Part shown: piece after piece, positions 1 through 12,603 of the stretch
How the letters are laid out: each line of letters starts with the position of its first letter
How positions within the stretch are numbered: position 1 is the first letter of the stretch
Assembly (NCBI GenBank): GCA_964016885.1
Contig: OZ024742.1
Span: 352,594,001 to 352,658,000, forward strand
DNA: 64,000 nucleotides
Reading direction: 5' to 3'
Origin: Eledone cirrhosa
Taxonomy: Eukaryota
The notes under the pieces: model-generated
Told to the model about the DNA's origin: nothing
The model's input: only the letters and a program-made list of their open reading frames with translations
The model's database searches: none
Position numbers and translations under genes: made by a program

Positions 1-3000
1 AGTCACCAAAAAGCGAAACAGAAACAAACCCACAACAAACGCAAACAAGACAAAACAACCAAAACGATACACACTACACAGCATTAAATTTGAACAACAA
101 TCCATTATTACACTACATCCAACACAACACCAGCATCACAGAAAAAGACTACACAACAGCCCAAAAGTTCACACCGCCTCCACACATAGAATTCACTCGC
201 ATCACACAGAAAACGTACGAGAAACTAAAACAAAAATTCCCCAAAGACATCGGAGACTTCCGACAAGCACTCTCCAGGAGGATTTATAAGGTTATCCTTC
301 CGGAGGAGACCACAAGCAGTGAAAAGGATGGGGAAACCATCCTTCCTCTACGAGAAATAAGGTAAGTGGTCTTTCCCATCTTTTCCACTCCATTCCAACA
401 TGACCTCACTCAGAATAGGCAGCTTACCTGCGTATGGATTGGGGTCGTCATGGAAGCCGGGCCACCTGCTCAACGACCTCAGGTAACTAAACATAGATGT
501 AGTGGCCATCAGCGAAACCAGAATCTCCGAAGCACAGGCCTTCGCACCGATCTTCGGCGGCTATCATGTATACGCATCTCCAGCCGTCCTGGATCGGGGG
601 GTGGAGTTGCTGTGTTTTTTCGGTGAGGTTTGGATCTCGCCTTACGGGCCATCTTCCTGGACCCAGAGGGTAAGTTGGCGGTGCTGGACGTGACCACCGG
701 AGACAGGACATATTTCAGTCTAGTGGCCGTTATGCCGGGACAGGAACAGGGCGGCCTGATTTCTTCCGGCGTCTGGAGATGTTTCTTGGAACGTCCTGCT
801 CTTTAGTGATAGTGGACAACTGAAACGCGATAGTAATTGAACGCTGGGATTAGCAAATAGGGGAGGAGGATGCAAGACCCTCACCAACCTGCTCAGGTGT
901 TTTGAACTGTCTGACAGATAACGATTGGATTGCCCGAATGCGCAAATCTAGACTTGGACCAACCGCATCGGGTCATCCAGATAATAACTAGATAGAGTAT
1001 TTTGTAGGGAAATAGATAGGTCTAGCATAGGCTGTCCACAATTCAAGATAGTCAGCTATACAGACCACAAATTCGTGTTCTGTGTGCTTGACTTAGATAG
1101 GCTTCATAGACGTGGGTCCGGCTACTGGAAGATAAACGCGTCCTTACCAGCAAGGCCTACAGAGACCGGATTAGCGAACCAGTTAAGCGGGCGTTGACGG
1201 GGGCCACCGTCAATAACAAGTGGTGGTTTGCTCTGCAAACCGCGATTACAATAGAGTTATTTAGGTTTAGTAAGGCTTTAACTATAGAGAAAAAGAGAGC
1301 AGAGGGAGAACTAGTTAGAAAATTAGACGAAGCTCTTAGGAAAGGCATCACGACCGACGTACTTGCGGCGAAATTGGCCCTTGACCAAGTCTTCAACGCA
1401 AATGACGAAGGCTGCGTTGTCAGAGCTAGGGTGCGTGCTCTCAGACACGAGGGGACGAAAGCCGTTCAATGGGCCAGAGTGGCGGAGGCGCGTCGTTGCA
1501 ACAAAGCCAAATTCTGTCTTTGGTGGACCACGACGGGCGCATACTACTCAATCCCGGGCAAATGTGTGAAACTTTTAAGCGACACTTCGCTCAGCTGTTC
1601 GGGGTCAGCGGCGCGCCGGATCAAGGGATGGACTTTAGTGTCTACCTCGACGGACTGCCGCCTCTCTCGGCCGCTGAGGCGGAGTGTTGCGAAAAGCCGA
1701 TGGTCTGGTTTGGAGCGGCGCAGAGATGCGCCATTCCCGACAGATCCATCCACGATAACCTCCACCTCATGCGATACATTGTGGTGAGGGTAGCTAGGGA
1801 ACCTGGCACGCGTGGGTCCTTGATAAATTGCGATCAGTCGAAAGCTTTCGATAGGGTCGACCTTCGTAACACTGCGGCAGTCCTGAGGGTGGCTGGCTTT
1901 GGGCCCGTCTTCAGAGGCTGGATCTATGCTATGCTCAGTGACATCTGCTCTGTTGTGAGTGTGAACGGTCACCTTTCGAAACCGTTTAACATCATGCGCT
2001 CGGTCCGCCAAGTATGTCCCCTCTCGTCCCTGTTGTACGTATTGACTCTCGAGCCATTACTGCATAAGCTGGAGAGGTTGAGTGGGATCCCGCGCGAACT
2101 AGGATTCGAAAGATCCGTGTCAGCGTATGCGGACGATGTCACCGTAGTGGTGTCGAACGCCAAACACATCGAGGAGATCGGCACTACACGAAGAGAATAC
2201 GAACCGGTGACAGGAGCAATGCTCAACCAGGAAAAGTCCGTGGGCCTGCGGCTAGGCACCTGGAGAGGCAGGTCCATGTCGTCCAACAGCGTCGTCGGGC
2301 GTTGGACGGACGGAACGTTTAAATTGCTAGGGGTGTGGTTCGGTCCCGACCTCCAGACGGACAAAAACTGGGACGAGGTGACGAGCAGGGTGGCTTCTCT
2401 CACCGACAAAAGCGCGGAGAGGAAGCTATCCCTGAAACATCGAGCAGAGGCGGGTAATGCGAATGCCGCGTCCGTCATCTACTGACCGTCGTACCTTGTT
2501 CTAAGCCTCGCCTGACTAAGCTGGAGCATTTGTTCTTTCGCTTTTTGTGGAAGGGACGCGCTCCGATTGTCAGGCGGTCCATCTGCTATCAACACCCGCT
2601 ACGTAGAGGGCTGCGCATTCCGTGGCTGATGATGCGTAGACACGCACTCGGGCTACGACATCTCCCTCTCTTCCTCGACGGTGATCAGGTGTGATCGCCG
2701 TTTGCTAGACGCGTCTTTCAACAGATCGTCTCATTGGCGGAGCTGCAGTGCTGGGTCAAGCATAGACCGAGAGGGAGCGCTTGGAGAATGGAATATCTTC
2801 AGGCTCTCACAAACCTCGACCAATCGGGCAATGTGATCGGTGGAAAATCTACCTTGGCGTTATAAAGAGGATGGGTGGAGGAGAAGAGCGATGACGTACT
2901 TGGCGAAACTCTAGGCGTCGACGAAAATCAACTAGCCAATCTCTTCGGAAGAATTTTCGGGCCGGGGTCTATGGACAACTTCCAGAAATAGCTGGCCTGG

Positions 3001-3716
3001 CAGTGCTATCGAGGAGTTTGCCAGTTAGGGATATACTCTACAGGAATGCAGGTGCCGTCAGCCGGGCATGTCCGAGATGCGCGCCGGGCGACGAAACCGT
3101 CATGCGCGGACTCGTCCAGGGTCCGAGCATTGCTGACTTGTGGGTTTATGTCGAACACCTGCCGTCGCGTGTAGGTCGGATCCAGCTATCAGCTGAGTCC
3201 ATCGTGAGGTTTGCCCCGCCCTCTTCCTTTATCCGGGAAGGGCAGGCAATTTTTATCTGTCTGGTCACCATGGCGAAAGACACGTTTGAAAGGGCTGAAT
3301 ACGCGCACTTACCTCTTCGGCGATGCCCTGATTAACTTTTTCAAATTTCATTTGAAAAGGAATATCAGGGTAGAGAGGGAAGCGCTCTCTTCCCACCATT
3401 TTGTTGAAAGATGGGTGAGAGAGGCAAGCATGGCCCGAGAGAATGGGCCTAATCTGAGTATGTGTCTGTAAATTAAAGGTGGAAAACTGGGAGAGGGCAC
3501 TTGCCCTGGTGGTCAGGATCACTGTGGCTTTTTAATGGGCTTTCTCCACGAATGTCCCTCGGAGTCTCCCCCCTAATGGGGAATTTTTCATTGTTATTTT
3601 TTGTTACATCCTCTATTTTTGTTTTTTACACGCAGAAATGCCCATTGTACCGTCCTGTATTGTCCTGGACTGTCCTTAATGTCTACGTTATGTAAACCCT
3701 TGTGGTTAATAAAGAA
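1..3716 (+). mobile_element. Tx1/L1-clade non-LTR retrotransposon, type-B ORF1, decayed, begins before the window
   Basis: ORF1 C-terminus (90-365) matches type-B copies. ORF2 from ATG at 400 is broken by stops, frameshifts and an internal deletion near 1700, but keeps RT motifs (RQxCPLS, YADD) and CPRC. B-type end ASMARENGPNLSMCL; 3'UTR ends AATAAAGAA. Confidence 0.93.
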
Positions 3717-4642
3717 ATGTGTGCGGATGTGTGAGCTTTTCAGCAGCACTTTGCTGAACCATACAGGAGCAGCGGCGGCCCTGATCCGGGCATGGACTTC
3801 AGTGCATACCTCGACGGCCTGCCTCGACTCTCGACGACCGCCGCCTAGTGTTGCGCAAAGCCATTAACAGCCGGTGAAATAAGGGTTGCGATCGCTAACT
3901 GCACGAGGAGTAAATCGCCAGGTTTGTATAGTCTACCCTACGAGCTTTATGCATTTATGCCAGACTTGTTCGGTGACGTTTGGCAGACGTCTACTGAAAA
4001 TGGCAGTAGAACTGGAGCATTCGCAATTGTGTGAGCCGGGAGCAGTGGTGCTGCTGATAAAAGACCCGAACAAGGGGTACTTTATCGATAAATTCAGGCC
4101 CATAACCCTGCTAAACGCAGAGTTCAAGATTTTGGCCAAGGTGTTAGCAACGAGGTTGGCGCTTGTCGTCAAGTGTCTGGTGGGAGGCGCATACATGCGC
4201 CATTCCGGAGAGATCCATAGACGGACCTCCTCCTCATGCGATACATCATAGAGAGGGTGGTTAAGGAACCTGGCACGGGTGGGGCCCTGATCTAATTGGA
4301 TCAATCCAAAGCATTCGATAGGGTCGACCATCGGTACCTGGCAGCGGTCCTCGAGGCAGCCGCTTTCGGGCCCGTTTTCAGGGGTTGGATCGCAGCGATG
4401 TACAGCCATGTACAGTGGTGATGGTAAACGGTCATCTGTCGTAGCCGTTCAACATCATGCGCTCAGTCCGCCAGGTTTGTACCCTCTCGTCCCTCTTGTA
4501 CGTATTTGCTCTCTATTTTTCATTGTTATTTTTTTATTACATGCTCTGTTTTTTTTACATGCAGAAATTCGTACTGTCCTGTATTATCCTGTACTGTCCT
4601 TAATGTCTACGTTATGAAAACCCTTGTGGTTAATAAAGAAAA

Positions 4643-4643
<1 letters not shown>
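3717..4643 (+). mobile_element. 5'-truncated, internally deleted fragment of a diverged Tx1 subfamily (RT part joined to the 3' terminus)
   Basis: FRPITLLNAEFKILAKVLA motif, then an abrupt jump near 4505 to the Tx1 3'-terminal sequence ending AATAAAGAAAAC before (ATT)n. Confidence 0.85.
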
Positions 4644-4693
<50 letters not shown>

Positions 4694-4709
4694 GATTATT
4701 ATTATTATT
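4644..4709. repeat. (ATT)n microsatellite shared tail-to-tail by a Tx1 (+) and a Dong-like (-) element
   Basis: Read directly from the sequence. Confidence 0.97.
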
Positions 4710-7472
4710 CTTAGAGTCTCAGTCATTGATGTTAGGTAACTGGAAAGTTTGTTGAAATGAATATCAAGCCACTACCTGCAGCCACAGATATTCAGGACGT
4801 ATCGGAGGATTCTTACTGTTCCCAGCAAGCATGCCTTTTGAAGCTTTCCAAAAAGCTTGGCGGGGCCAATTTTCTTTAACCATCCCTGCAAACTTTTTGA
4901 GATAGTTCCTGGTGCGCCCATGACAATCGGGACCACTTGACTTCATGGCAGTTCTAAATCCTTTTTCCCTCCGACTTTAAGTCCTGGTATCGGTTAATTT
5001 TCTCCCTCTCCTTCTCTTGCACTCTCGTGTCGAATGGGCAGGCCAGATCCACAATCAGGCTCGATATTATTTCATTATCCAAAACCACCAGGTCAGGTCT
5101 ATTGTGTTCCAGTTTCTTGTCCGTCTGTATCCTAACATCCCACAGCACCTTCACCTGATCGTTTTCTATAACCGACCCTGGCTTATGCTCATACAACTTC
5201 TCAGAATGTGGTAAATTGTCTACTTTGCGTAGGTGCCAGTGGATCACCCTGTCCATCACATCATGTCTCCATCCCTTATAGTGAGTCTGGGCTAGGTGTT
5301 TACACTCGGATACAATGTGAGCCACAGTCTCCTCTATCTCTCTCCACAGATCCTGCAAGGTGGGCTAGCCTCCTCCTTGTAAATATGGTGTTTCAACCAC
5401 TTCGTTTTGAGGGCCTGCTCTTGCGCAGCCATTAACATTCCTTCTGTAGCCTTTTTAATGTCTCCTCTTTTCAACCAGTTCCATGTCTGTGGATCTCTGA
5501 ATTAATTTTTCTCAAAAAAGGTACTATGAAGGGATTTTTTCATGAAGGCTGCTCTTTCTCCTTGTTGTTATTTCCTCCTTGGACATCCCCTGGTCTATTG
5601 TCCTCTCCTTCAGTACAGTTCTGAGCATTGGCTCCTTACTATCGGTCACGTATTTGTGTAGGTTGTTTTCTCCATCTCAACACAGTCCTCTATGCTGATA
5701 AGACCTCTTCCCCCATCATATCTCCTTAAGTAGAGTCTATCGACATCACTCCACTTGTGGAACATGTTGTACATAGTCAATAGCTTCCTAGTTTTCCTAT
5801 CCATTTCTTTTTGTTCAGCAACATTCCATCTCAGATTTACCGCACTGTACCTAATAATAGACCCAGCTCGGGAATTTACTGCACTTATGGCATTCCTATT
5901 GTTCAGATGTGAGATTAATACGCTCCTTTCTCTCCGACTGTATTCAGATCATATCAATTCCTTCATTGTTGTGTTCTGGATGTCATCAGCATCCAGAACA
6001 CCCAAACACTTGTATCCTTCTTCAGTGTCAATTTCCTTTATCATCTCACCTATTGGTACCTGGATTCCGTTGCTTCTGCTCAATTTACCCCTCTTCATCA
6101 CAAGGACTCCACACTTACTCATACCAAATTGCATACATATATATACGGTCTCCTCTCTCTCTCCACAGATCCTGCACAGTGGGCTAGCCTCCTCCTTGTA
6201 AATATGTTGTTTCAACCACTTCGTTGTGAGGGCCTGCTCCTGCGCAGCCATTAACACTCCTTCTGTAGCCTTTTTAAGGTCTCCTCTTTTCAACCAGTTC
6301 CATGTATGTGGATCTCTGAATTAATTTTTCTCAAAAAAGGTACTATGAAGGGATTTTTTCATGAAGGCTGCTCTTTCTCCTTGTTGTTATTTCCTCCTTG
6401 GACATCCCCTGGTCTATTGTCCTCTCCTTCAGTACAGTTCTGAGCATTGGCTCCTTACTATCGGTCACGTATTTGTGTAGGTTGCTTTTCTCCATCTGAA
6501 CACCGTCCTCTATGCTGATGAGACCTCTTCCACCCTCAGATCTCCTTAAGTAGAGTCTATCGACATCACTCCTCTCATGGAACATGTTGTAGATAGTCAA
6601 TAGCTTCCTAGACTTCCTATCGATTTCTTTTTGTTCAGCAACATTCCATCTCCGAATTCCCGCACTGTACCTAATAATAGACACAGCTCGTGAATTTACT
6701 GCACTTATGGCATTCCTACTGTTCAGATGTGACTTTAATACGCTCCTTACTCTCCGAATGTATTCAGTTCTTATCAATTCCTTCATTCTTTTGTTCTTGA
6801 TGTCATCAGCCTCCAGAACACCCAAATACTTGTATCCGTCTTCAGAGTCAATTTCCTTTATCATCTCACCTGTTGGTACCTGGATTCCGTTACTTCTGCT
6901 CAACTTACCCCGCTTCATCACAATGACTCCACACTTACTAATACCAAATTGCATACATATATCATTGCTGAAAATACGGACAGTGTCAACAAGCACATCC
7001 AACTCCTTCTCACTCTTCCCGAAGAGCTTAAGATCGTCCATGAAGTGGAGGTGATTGATGGTAAGCCCTCCCTTTCCCAATCTGTATCCTGCTCTCACTT
7101 TTCGCAGTACACTGGTGAGGGGCATCAGGTCAAGGACAAACAGCAGAGCGCACAGACTATCTCCCTGGAAGATACCTCTCTTGATATTCACGCTTCCCAA
7201 GGATTCTCCAGTTGATGTTATCTCTGTTTCCCAGGACTTCATACTTTTTCCCAACAACTGTCTGATGTTATTTGCCACCTTGAAGATCTCCAGGCTTTTG
7301 GTGATCCAAGAATGAGGCATGTTGTCAAATGCCTTTTTGTTTGTCTATCTATCCCATGGCAAGACCAGTGTGTCTCCTCTTGCAATTCTTCATTACCATC
7401 TTATCAATAAGTAACTGGTCCTTTGTACCACGTGACCTCTTTCGGCATCCTTTCTGTTCGTACCCCAATAAC
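4710..7472 (-). mobile_element. R4/Dong-like RLE retrotransposon, family X, 5'-truncated, with an internal ~815 bp tandem duplication
   Basis: RT motifs RGIFQGDSL, HFMDDLKL, YKYLG (6343-7320); CCHC region; RPDLVVLD..VDLACP..EK nuclease motif (4954-5358). 5326-6141 is repeated at 6148-6961. Confidence 0.92.
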
Positions 7473-7990
7473 GTCATGGCAGAAGAAGAGTCCATCTCTA
7501 ACAGTGTAAAAGCCTGAGAAAGGTTTGTGTCGACTTCTCTGACTTGTCACCTGCATTTCCTCCTTAACCAAGTTCCACCGCTTCATCCTGGAGACGAATG
7601 CTTAAAACACAACTTACCGTTTATTCAGCGTGCGAAAATCCAGTTTCAATAAATCTCCTTAATCCACTTTTTAACAATGTTATACTTTATTGCACCTTTA
7701 TAATTTTCTTTAGGTATTACTCTCTATTTTATAATTTTAATTTAACCTGAAACATATATAAAAAAATTCATTTAACATAAGCAAATTATACTTACATAAA
7801 ACGTAAAATCCAGCATACAAATAATTCTAGTGAATAGGTTAGAATGTTTACAAACCCAAACATTTAACTGTTTAATAGCACTTTTTTTATTTATTTGGGA
7901 CCTAAGCAACACAAAAAGTGATTACAAGCCAGGAACAGAGAACATTCTTATTTTGTTTCACGGTGATAATGTTCAAATCATTTTATTTCT

Positions 7991-8036
7991 GACAATCGTT
8001 TCTTCCGAACATTTTTTTTAGAATCATCGGAGCACT
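7991..8036 (-). ncRNA. Degenerate type I hammerhead ribozyme, possibly from the terminal repeat of the neighbouring Penelope-like element
   Basis: Minus strand: agtgct CCGATGA ttct..ggaa GAAA cgattg TC agaaat. One core change (U4C) and a weak stem I. Confidence 0.4.
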
Positions 8037-8776
8037 AGCAATATTTGTACATATAATTAACCTCCTATTAAACTGAACAATCATAGAGATACATGGATAT
8101 TAATATTGTCAACAACAGTTTCATATTTACAGAGTGGAATGGATGTGACATAGATTACAAGATTTGTACAATAGTTAAAATTAAAAATTAAAAAGGCACA
8201 TACTGGAATGCATGCGACAGAGATTACAAGGGAATAGTATAATAATTAAAGAGGCATTAACGTAGAAAGTTACTCGTAAAACGAGGACACTAGCAGTACA
8301 TATGCAAGCGTATAGAGAGTACACATGCGTTGGGGATATACAGGAAGGAAACAAGCAATGGTACTAGGCATATATAATTACTGCATGGCAAATGTATCAG
8401 TTAAAATAACAGGTTTACAAGCATATTAAGCAGGCAAAGATGTTTGTGTATTACAATTATGCGTTTATGGTGGATCTAGTGTGATGATTGTTTCTGTAAT
8501 GTTGAAACGTGTAGGTGTTGAGAGTATCAATGTTATTGCTATATTTTCCATTACATTGGTATAATTTTATTTTAGTGAATGTTTTTAATTAGTTACACTA
8601 TGGATTGTATATTGGTCCTATTATATTGTTATCCAGAGTTCGAGTTGTTGTGGAGTGATTCTTCTAACGGTTTAATTTCCGGAAGTGAGTGTGAGATCTA
8701 TATTAAGGGGAGCTAATGTGAAAGAGGAGGTAACTAGCGAATAAATTGTATATGATAGAATAAATTAGAAAAAATG

Positions 8777-9187
8777 GGAAAAGTTTATAGTTGTTTACAG
8801 TTCCAATTAGTTAAATTCTTTGTGCTAATATACATTATATTGTGTTTCAAGTGAATACCTTTTATATAATTCTATTAGTTTATATTTAATTTGAAATACA
8901 ATCTATTTTCCTATAATACATTAAAGTCTCATTATATTGTTATGTATCCATTACTGAATAATGTATAAGTAAGCTATAGGAAAAATGCATAGTTGTTTAC
9001 AGTTCCAATCAGTTAAATCTCTTGTCTGATTAATATACATTATATTATGTTATAAGTGAATCTATTATATATAATGCTATTAATTTATATATTTAATTAT
9101 ACAAATAATTTATTTTCCTATGAAAAATTAAGTGTCTCATCATATTATTATCTGTCCATTACTGAATATAATATAAGCAAGCTATAG
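8777..9187. repeat. Two diverged tandem copies of a ~205 bp AT-rich unit
   Basis: ggaaaa..tagttgtttacagttccaat..aagctatag begins at 8777 and again at 8979. Confidence 0.85.
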
Positions 9188-9399
9188 TGGTTATATTAAA
9201 TGGTGTTAACTTTGTTTATTCCTAATAGTTATTGTAGAGTATAAGGTTTGATATAAATAGGAGATAGGTAGAGGGATGAGCTGATCATATAGTGTGATGC
9301 TGTGGGCGTAATACGTATATATGCTGATAAGACCTAGAGGTGAAGTGTTAATGGTGGTGAGGAATTCAGATCTGACATTGTTATATACTAGCAGCTAGG

Positions 9400-10825
9400 T
9401 TTAAAGCTATGGAAAGAGTGTCGCTGGTAGTGTTGGCACATTCAGAACATCTCCGATTTTCTATTTAGGAGGTCTAGTTTAGAATATATTATAGTGCGTG
9501 TCTCTAGAAGACAGAGGTTACATAATATATTCGGTGGTTTATACGATGTGGCCCTATCTACTACTTCCCATTGAAGTGTATATGGTCTATTCCTAGTTTT
9601 CAGAGAGTGTATGTAGCTAGATAAAGAATTGGAGTTGGCTAGATTGCGAATTTTCAAACTGTGGAGATGCGAGTATTATCTCGTCTTGAAGCAGTTCGAA
9701 GTTGAACCGATATATGATTTAGAAGAGTTGTTTGTGTAGACCGTGCATGAGTAAATGATGTCTTTGATTAAGCAATGTTTACCTAAGGGGAAAGTTCTAT
9801 TTGTTCGACAATTACAGTTACTCTGGTTGTTTGCTTGCCGGTTACTATGTTGTGTAGATGCCTGGTTGTTAGGGATAGCATTAGGGTAATGATGGCTGTC
9901 GTTCCCGTTGTTATTAATTTCATTAGTGCTATTATCGTTATTATTATTATTGCTACTAGACATCTCTGGTAGTATGTTGCTCTGTAAGTTTACCTCCTGT
10001 TGTGATTTAATGATTTGGAAATAATTATTAATCTTCCTTTTATTACTACTAGCTATATGGTATGCGATGTTAGGTGTGGTAGAGTAAGATTTTAATGGTA
10101 TTTGTAATGATAAGATTATGGTATTTGTGACCGGCTGGGAAGTTTTTTTTCAGGATTGAGAAGAAAACGTTAGGCAAGTTGGTAGAGACGTTTAAAGTGA
10201 AAGGGGGATTGAAGAATGTATTAGTTCTTCTCCTATTTTTGTTTTTTGTAAGGTTATTTGAGGTATTGTTTATATTTCTGGTTATAATATTATTGTGGTG
10301 TTTATTCTGATGCGAGTTAAGTTTGATATTACACTTCGTATTAGAGTTAGAGTGGCGAGTACTTTTATTATTTTCCCCCATGGCCATATTGTGAGAAATA
10401 TTGTTGTAACTAGTTGATTTTATAGGTAGAAATTTAATCTAATTTAATCTGATTTAGCTAAGGCCTCATGATTGTATTGGGAATTATTGTTAAATATGGT
10501 TTCGTTATATGATATATTAGAGATTCTATTTGATATTACTTTAGTAATTGAGTTTAATATGGATTTAGGGTGGTTAGAGTTGATATCTACATAACGTAGT
10601 TTTTCGTTTGTTTTATGAAAGGGTGTATATATTTTAAACCCCAGGTAAAGGGTAGTATCAAGGAAGTTAACGTTTTTAGTGTTTTAATACCTAAGTTGAA
10701 GTTTTTGAAAATGTTATGTAATTTTTTCCTAGTTCTTTCTATATTAATTTGTTTATAGTCTATAATAAGTAGTGCATCAACGCGGTATAAACCACCATCG
10801 AGCTAGGGTAGGTTCTTATGTCAAA
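9400..10825 (-). mobile_element. Decayed Penelope-like retroelement (RT C-terminal part plus GIY-YIG endonuclease, Naiad-like)
   Basis: GLYR(V)D and SNHP RT/thumb remnants near 10790-10565, FNPPF, CNCR..PLGKHCL..IIYSCTV..YIGST..FKTR, and terminal CNLCLLE..LLNRKSE. Confidence 0.85.
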
Positions 10826-10944
10826 GATGTTGTGGGTATCCTTGCGGGTCCATAATTGATCTTCAAATGTAATTATGGTTTTTCGGGCCGCAAGGATGAC
10901 ATCAATTTGGGATCTAGTAAGGTCATTGTTGTACATAGCGATAT

Positions 10945-11053
<109 letters not shown>

Positions 11054-11057
11054 TAAA

Positions 11058-11175
11058 TGCGCAGTGTAACAAGAAGCTTGTTTCCCAAGCACATGTGTCC
11101 GGGTTTAATCACACTGCCGGGGCTGACCAAAGCCCTGCGAGTGGATTTCATTGAGAGAAACTAAAAGCGCGTTAT
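11058..11175 (+). mobile_element. Degraded tRNA-derived SINE (resembles an abundant octopus SINE)
   Basis: aagaagcttgtttcccaagcacatg..ccgggtttaatcacactgc (B-box-like)..gaccaaagccctgcgagtggattt..gaaactaaaag. Family resemblance is from memory. Confidence 0.55.
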
Positions 11176-11344
11176 ATATAAGGATATATATATATATTTA
11201 TATATATGTGTGTGTGTGTGTGTTTATGTGTGTGTGTGTGTTTGTAGAAGAGGGGTTTCAAACTGAAGGACATAAGAGAGCCATTACGTCCTGGAGGATA
11301 AGCAAAGTGGGCCAAACGTGGTGGTGGGTGATGCTTTAACAATA

Positions 11345-11540
11345 GTTATAATCATTTCTACTATAAGCACAATCATGAAATTTAGAGTTTAGGGTCCCGT
11401 CGATTACATCGATGCCAGTTCACAAGTGATACTTAAGTTATCGACCTCAAATGGATGAAAAGCAAAGTTGAGATCAGCGGAATTTGAACTAAAACGAAAA
11501 AACAACCGAAGAACCGCTAAATATCTCGCCAAATGTAATA
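11345..11540 (-). mobile_element. Degraded tRNA-derived SINE, same family as 22012-22200
   Basis: Reverse complement has gttcaaattccg..ctttgcttttcatcc..gtcgataa..gtgcttatagtagaaat, matching the copy at 22 kb. Confidence 0.7.
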
Positions 11541-11683
11541 TCCATTCGACCAGCTCACGGACTTATTTTCCCCAGGTATAATGGAATCTGAAATATTCGT
11601 TCTACGATGGGAGATAGAAAAGTAGTTCGAGGGCCGCATGTTTGAGCCCACTGTTGGAGAGATACATAGAGAGATAGATATAT

Positions 11684-11725
<42 letters not shown>

Positions 11726-11812
11726 CCGTGTACCAAACACACACACACGTTTCTTATCCTCTGTCTCTCTTTGTTTCTCTCTTCATTTATATATATATAT
11801 ATATATATATAT

Positions 11813-11893
11813 AACGGAGAAAATGTGGTTAGGAACCAGGTGGACCATAACGCACCAAACTACTCAATACTTAGCGTAGTAGAGTGGGTAATA
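11813..11893 (+). repeat. ~75 bp dispersed repeat between (TA)n tracts; second copy at 18763-18838
   Basis: gtggt..aggtggaccat..gcacca..tactc.atacttag.gtagtagagtgggtaata occurs in both places. Confidence 0.8.
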
Positions 11894-12498
11894 GGAACGA
11901 GTAGGACCCCGACGGCTGAGCTCAAGCCCTTTCGACGGCTAATTCTGGACTAAATGAACATTTTTATCCTGGTATTTGAATAGCCGAGCTTCTCAAGGGG
12001 TAATTCCATATATGGTCAAAGTGATTGTCACAAGGATTGGTCAAAAGTTTGTTGTTGAGACATAATAATTCTATGATGGCAATTTGTGGAGAGAAGGGGT
12101 AGCTAAACCTGCCAGTAAGAGAAAGAGGGAGAGGGGGTGGAGGAGACCCATTCATGCGTTGATAGTGCCGACTACAGCTGGGCATGAGGTCAAAGAAGAT
12201 ACTAGGGAGGGGGAGAGGGAGGAAGTCGAAACAATAAGTAGAACAATAAGGGGTAAATATATCTCCCTCTTTCTCCTACAGGCAGGTTTAGCTACCTCTT
12301 CCCTCCACAAATTGCCATCATAGAATTATTATGTCTCAACAAAAAACTTTTGACTAATCCTTGTAACAATCACTTTGACCATATATGGAATTACCACTTG
12401 AGAAGCTCGGCTATTCAAATACCAGGATAAAAATGTTCATTTAGTCCAGAATTAGCCGTCGAAAGGGCTTGAGCTCAGCCGTCGGGGTCCTACTCGTT

Positions 12499-12500
<2 letters not shown>
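11894..12500. mobile_element. MITE-like element, 607 bp, with ~240 bp terminal inverted repeats, TA-flanked
   Basis: 11894-12131 is the near-perfect reverse complement of 12262-12500 (ggaacgagtaggacccc.../...ggggtcctactcgttcc). TA on both sides, no convincing ORF. Confidence 0.85.
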
Positions 12501-12535
<35 letters not shown>

Positions 12536-12539
<4 letters not shown>

Positions 12540-12570
12540 CAAGGGTTGAGATAGTACGTTGGTTTGACAG

Positions 12571-12603
<33 letters not shown>

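Noticed and set aside
9324-9346. CTGATAAGACCTAGAGGTGAAG hammerhead-like string
   Set aside because: Two core mismatches, no stems I or III, and antisense to the Penelope ORF.
9430-9450. TGA near the end of the GIY-YIG domain as selenocysteine (known in some Naiad elements)
   Set aside because: It is not at a conserved Cys position, and the element has many other disabling changes.
11625-11653. hAT/Charlie-like terminus (minus: cagtgggctcaaacatgcggccc)
   Set aside because: Only one short end, with no partner TIR or TSD found.
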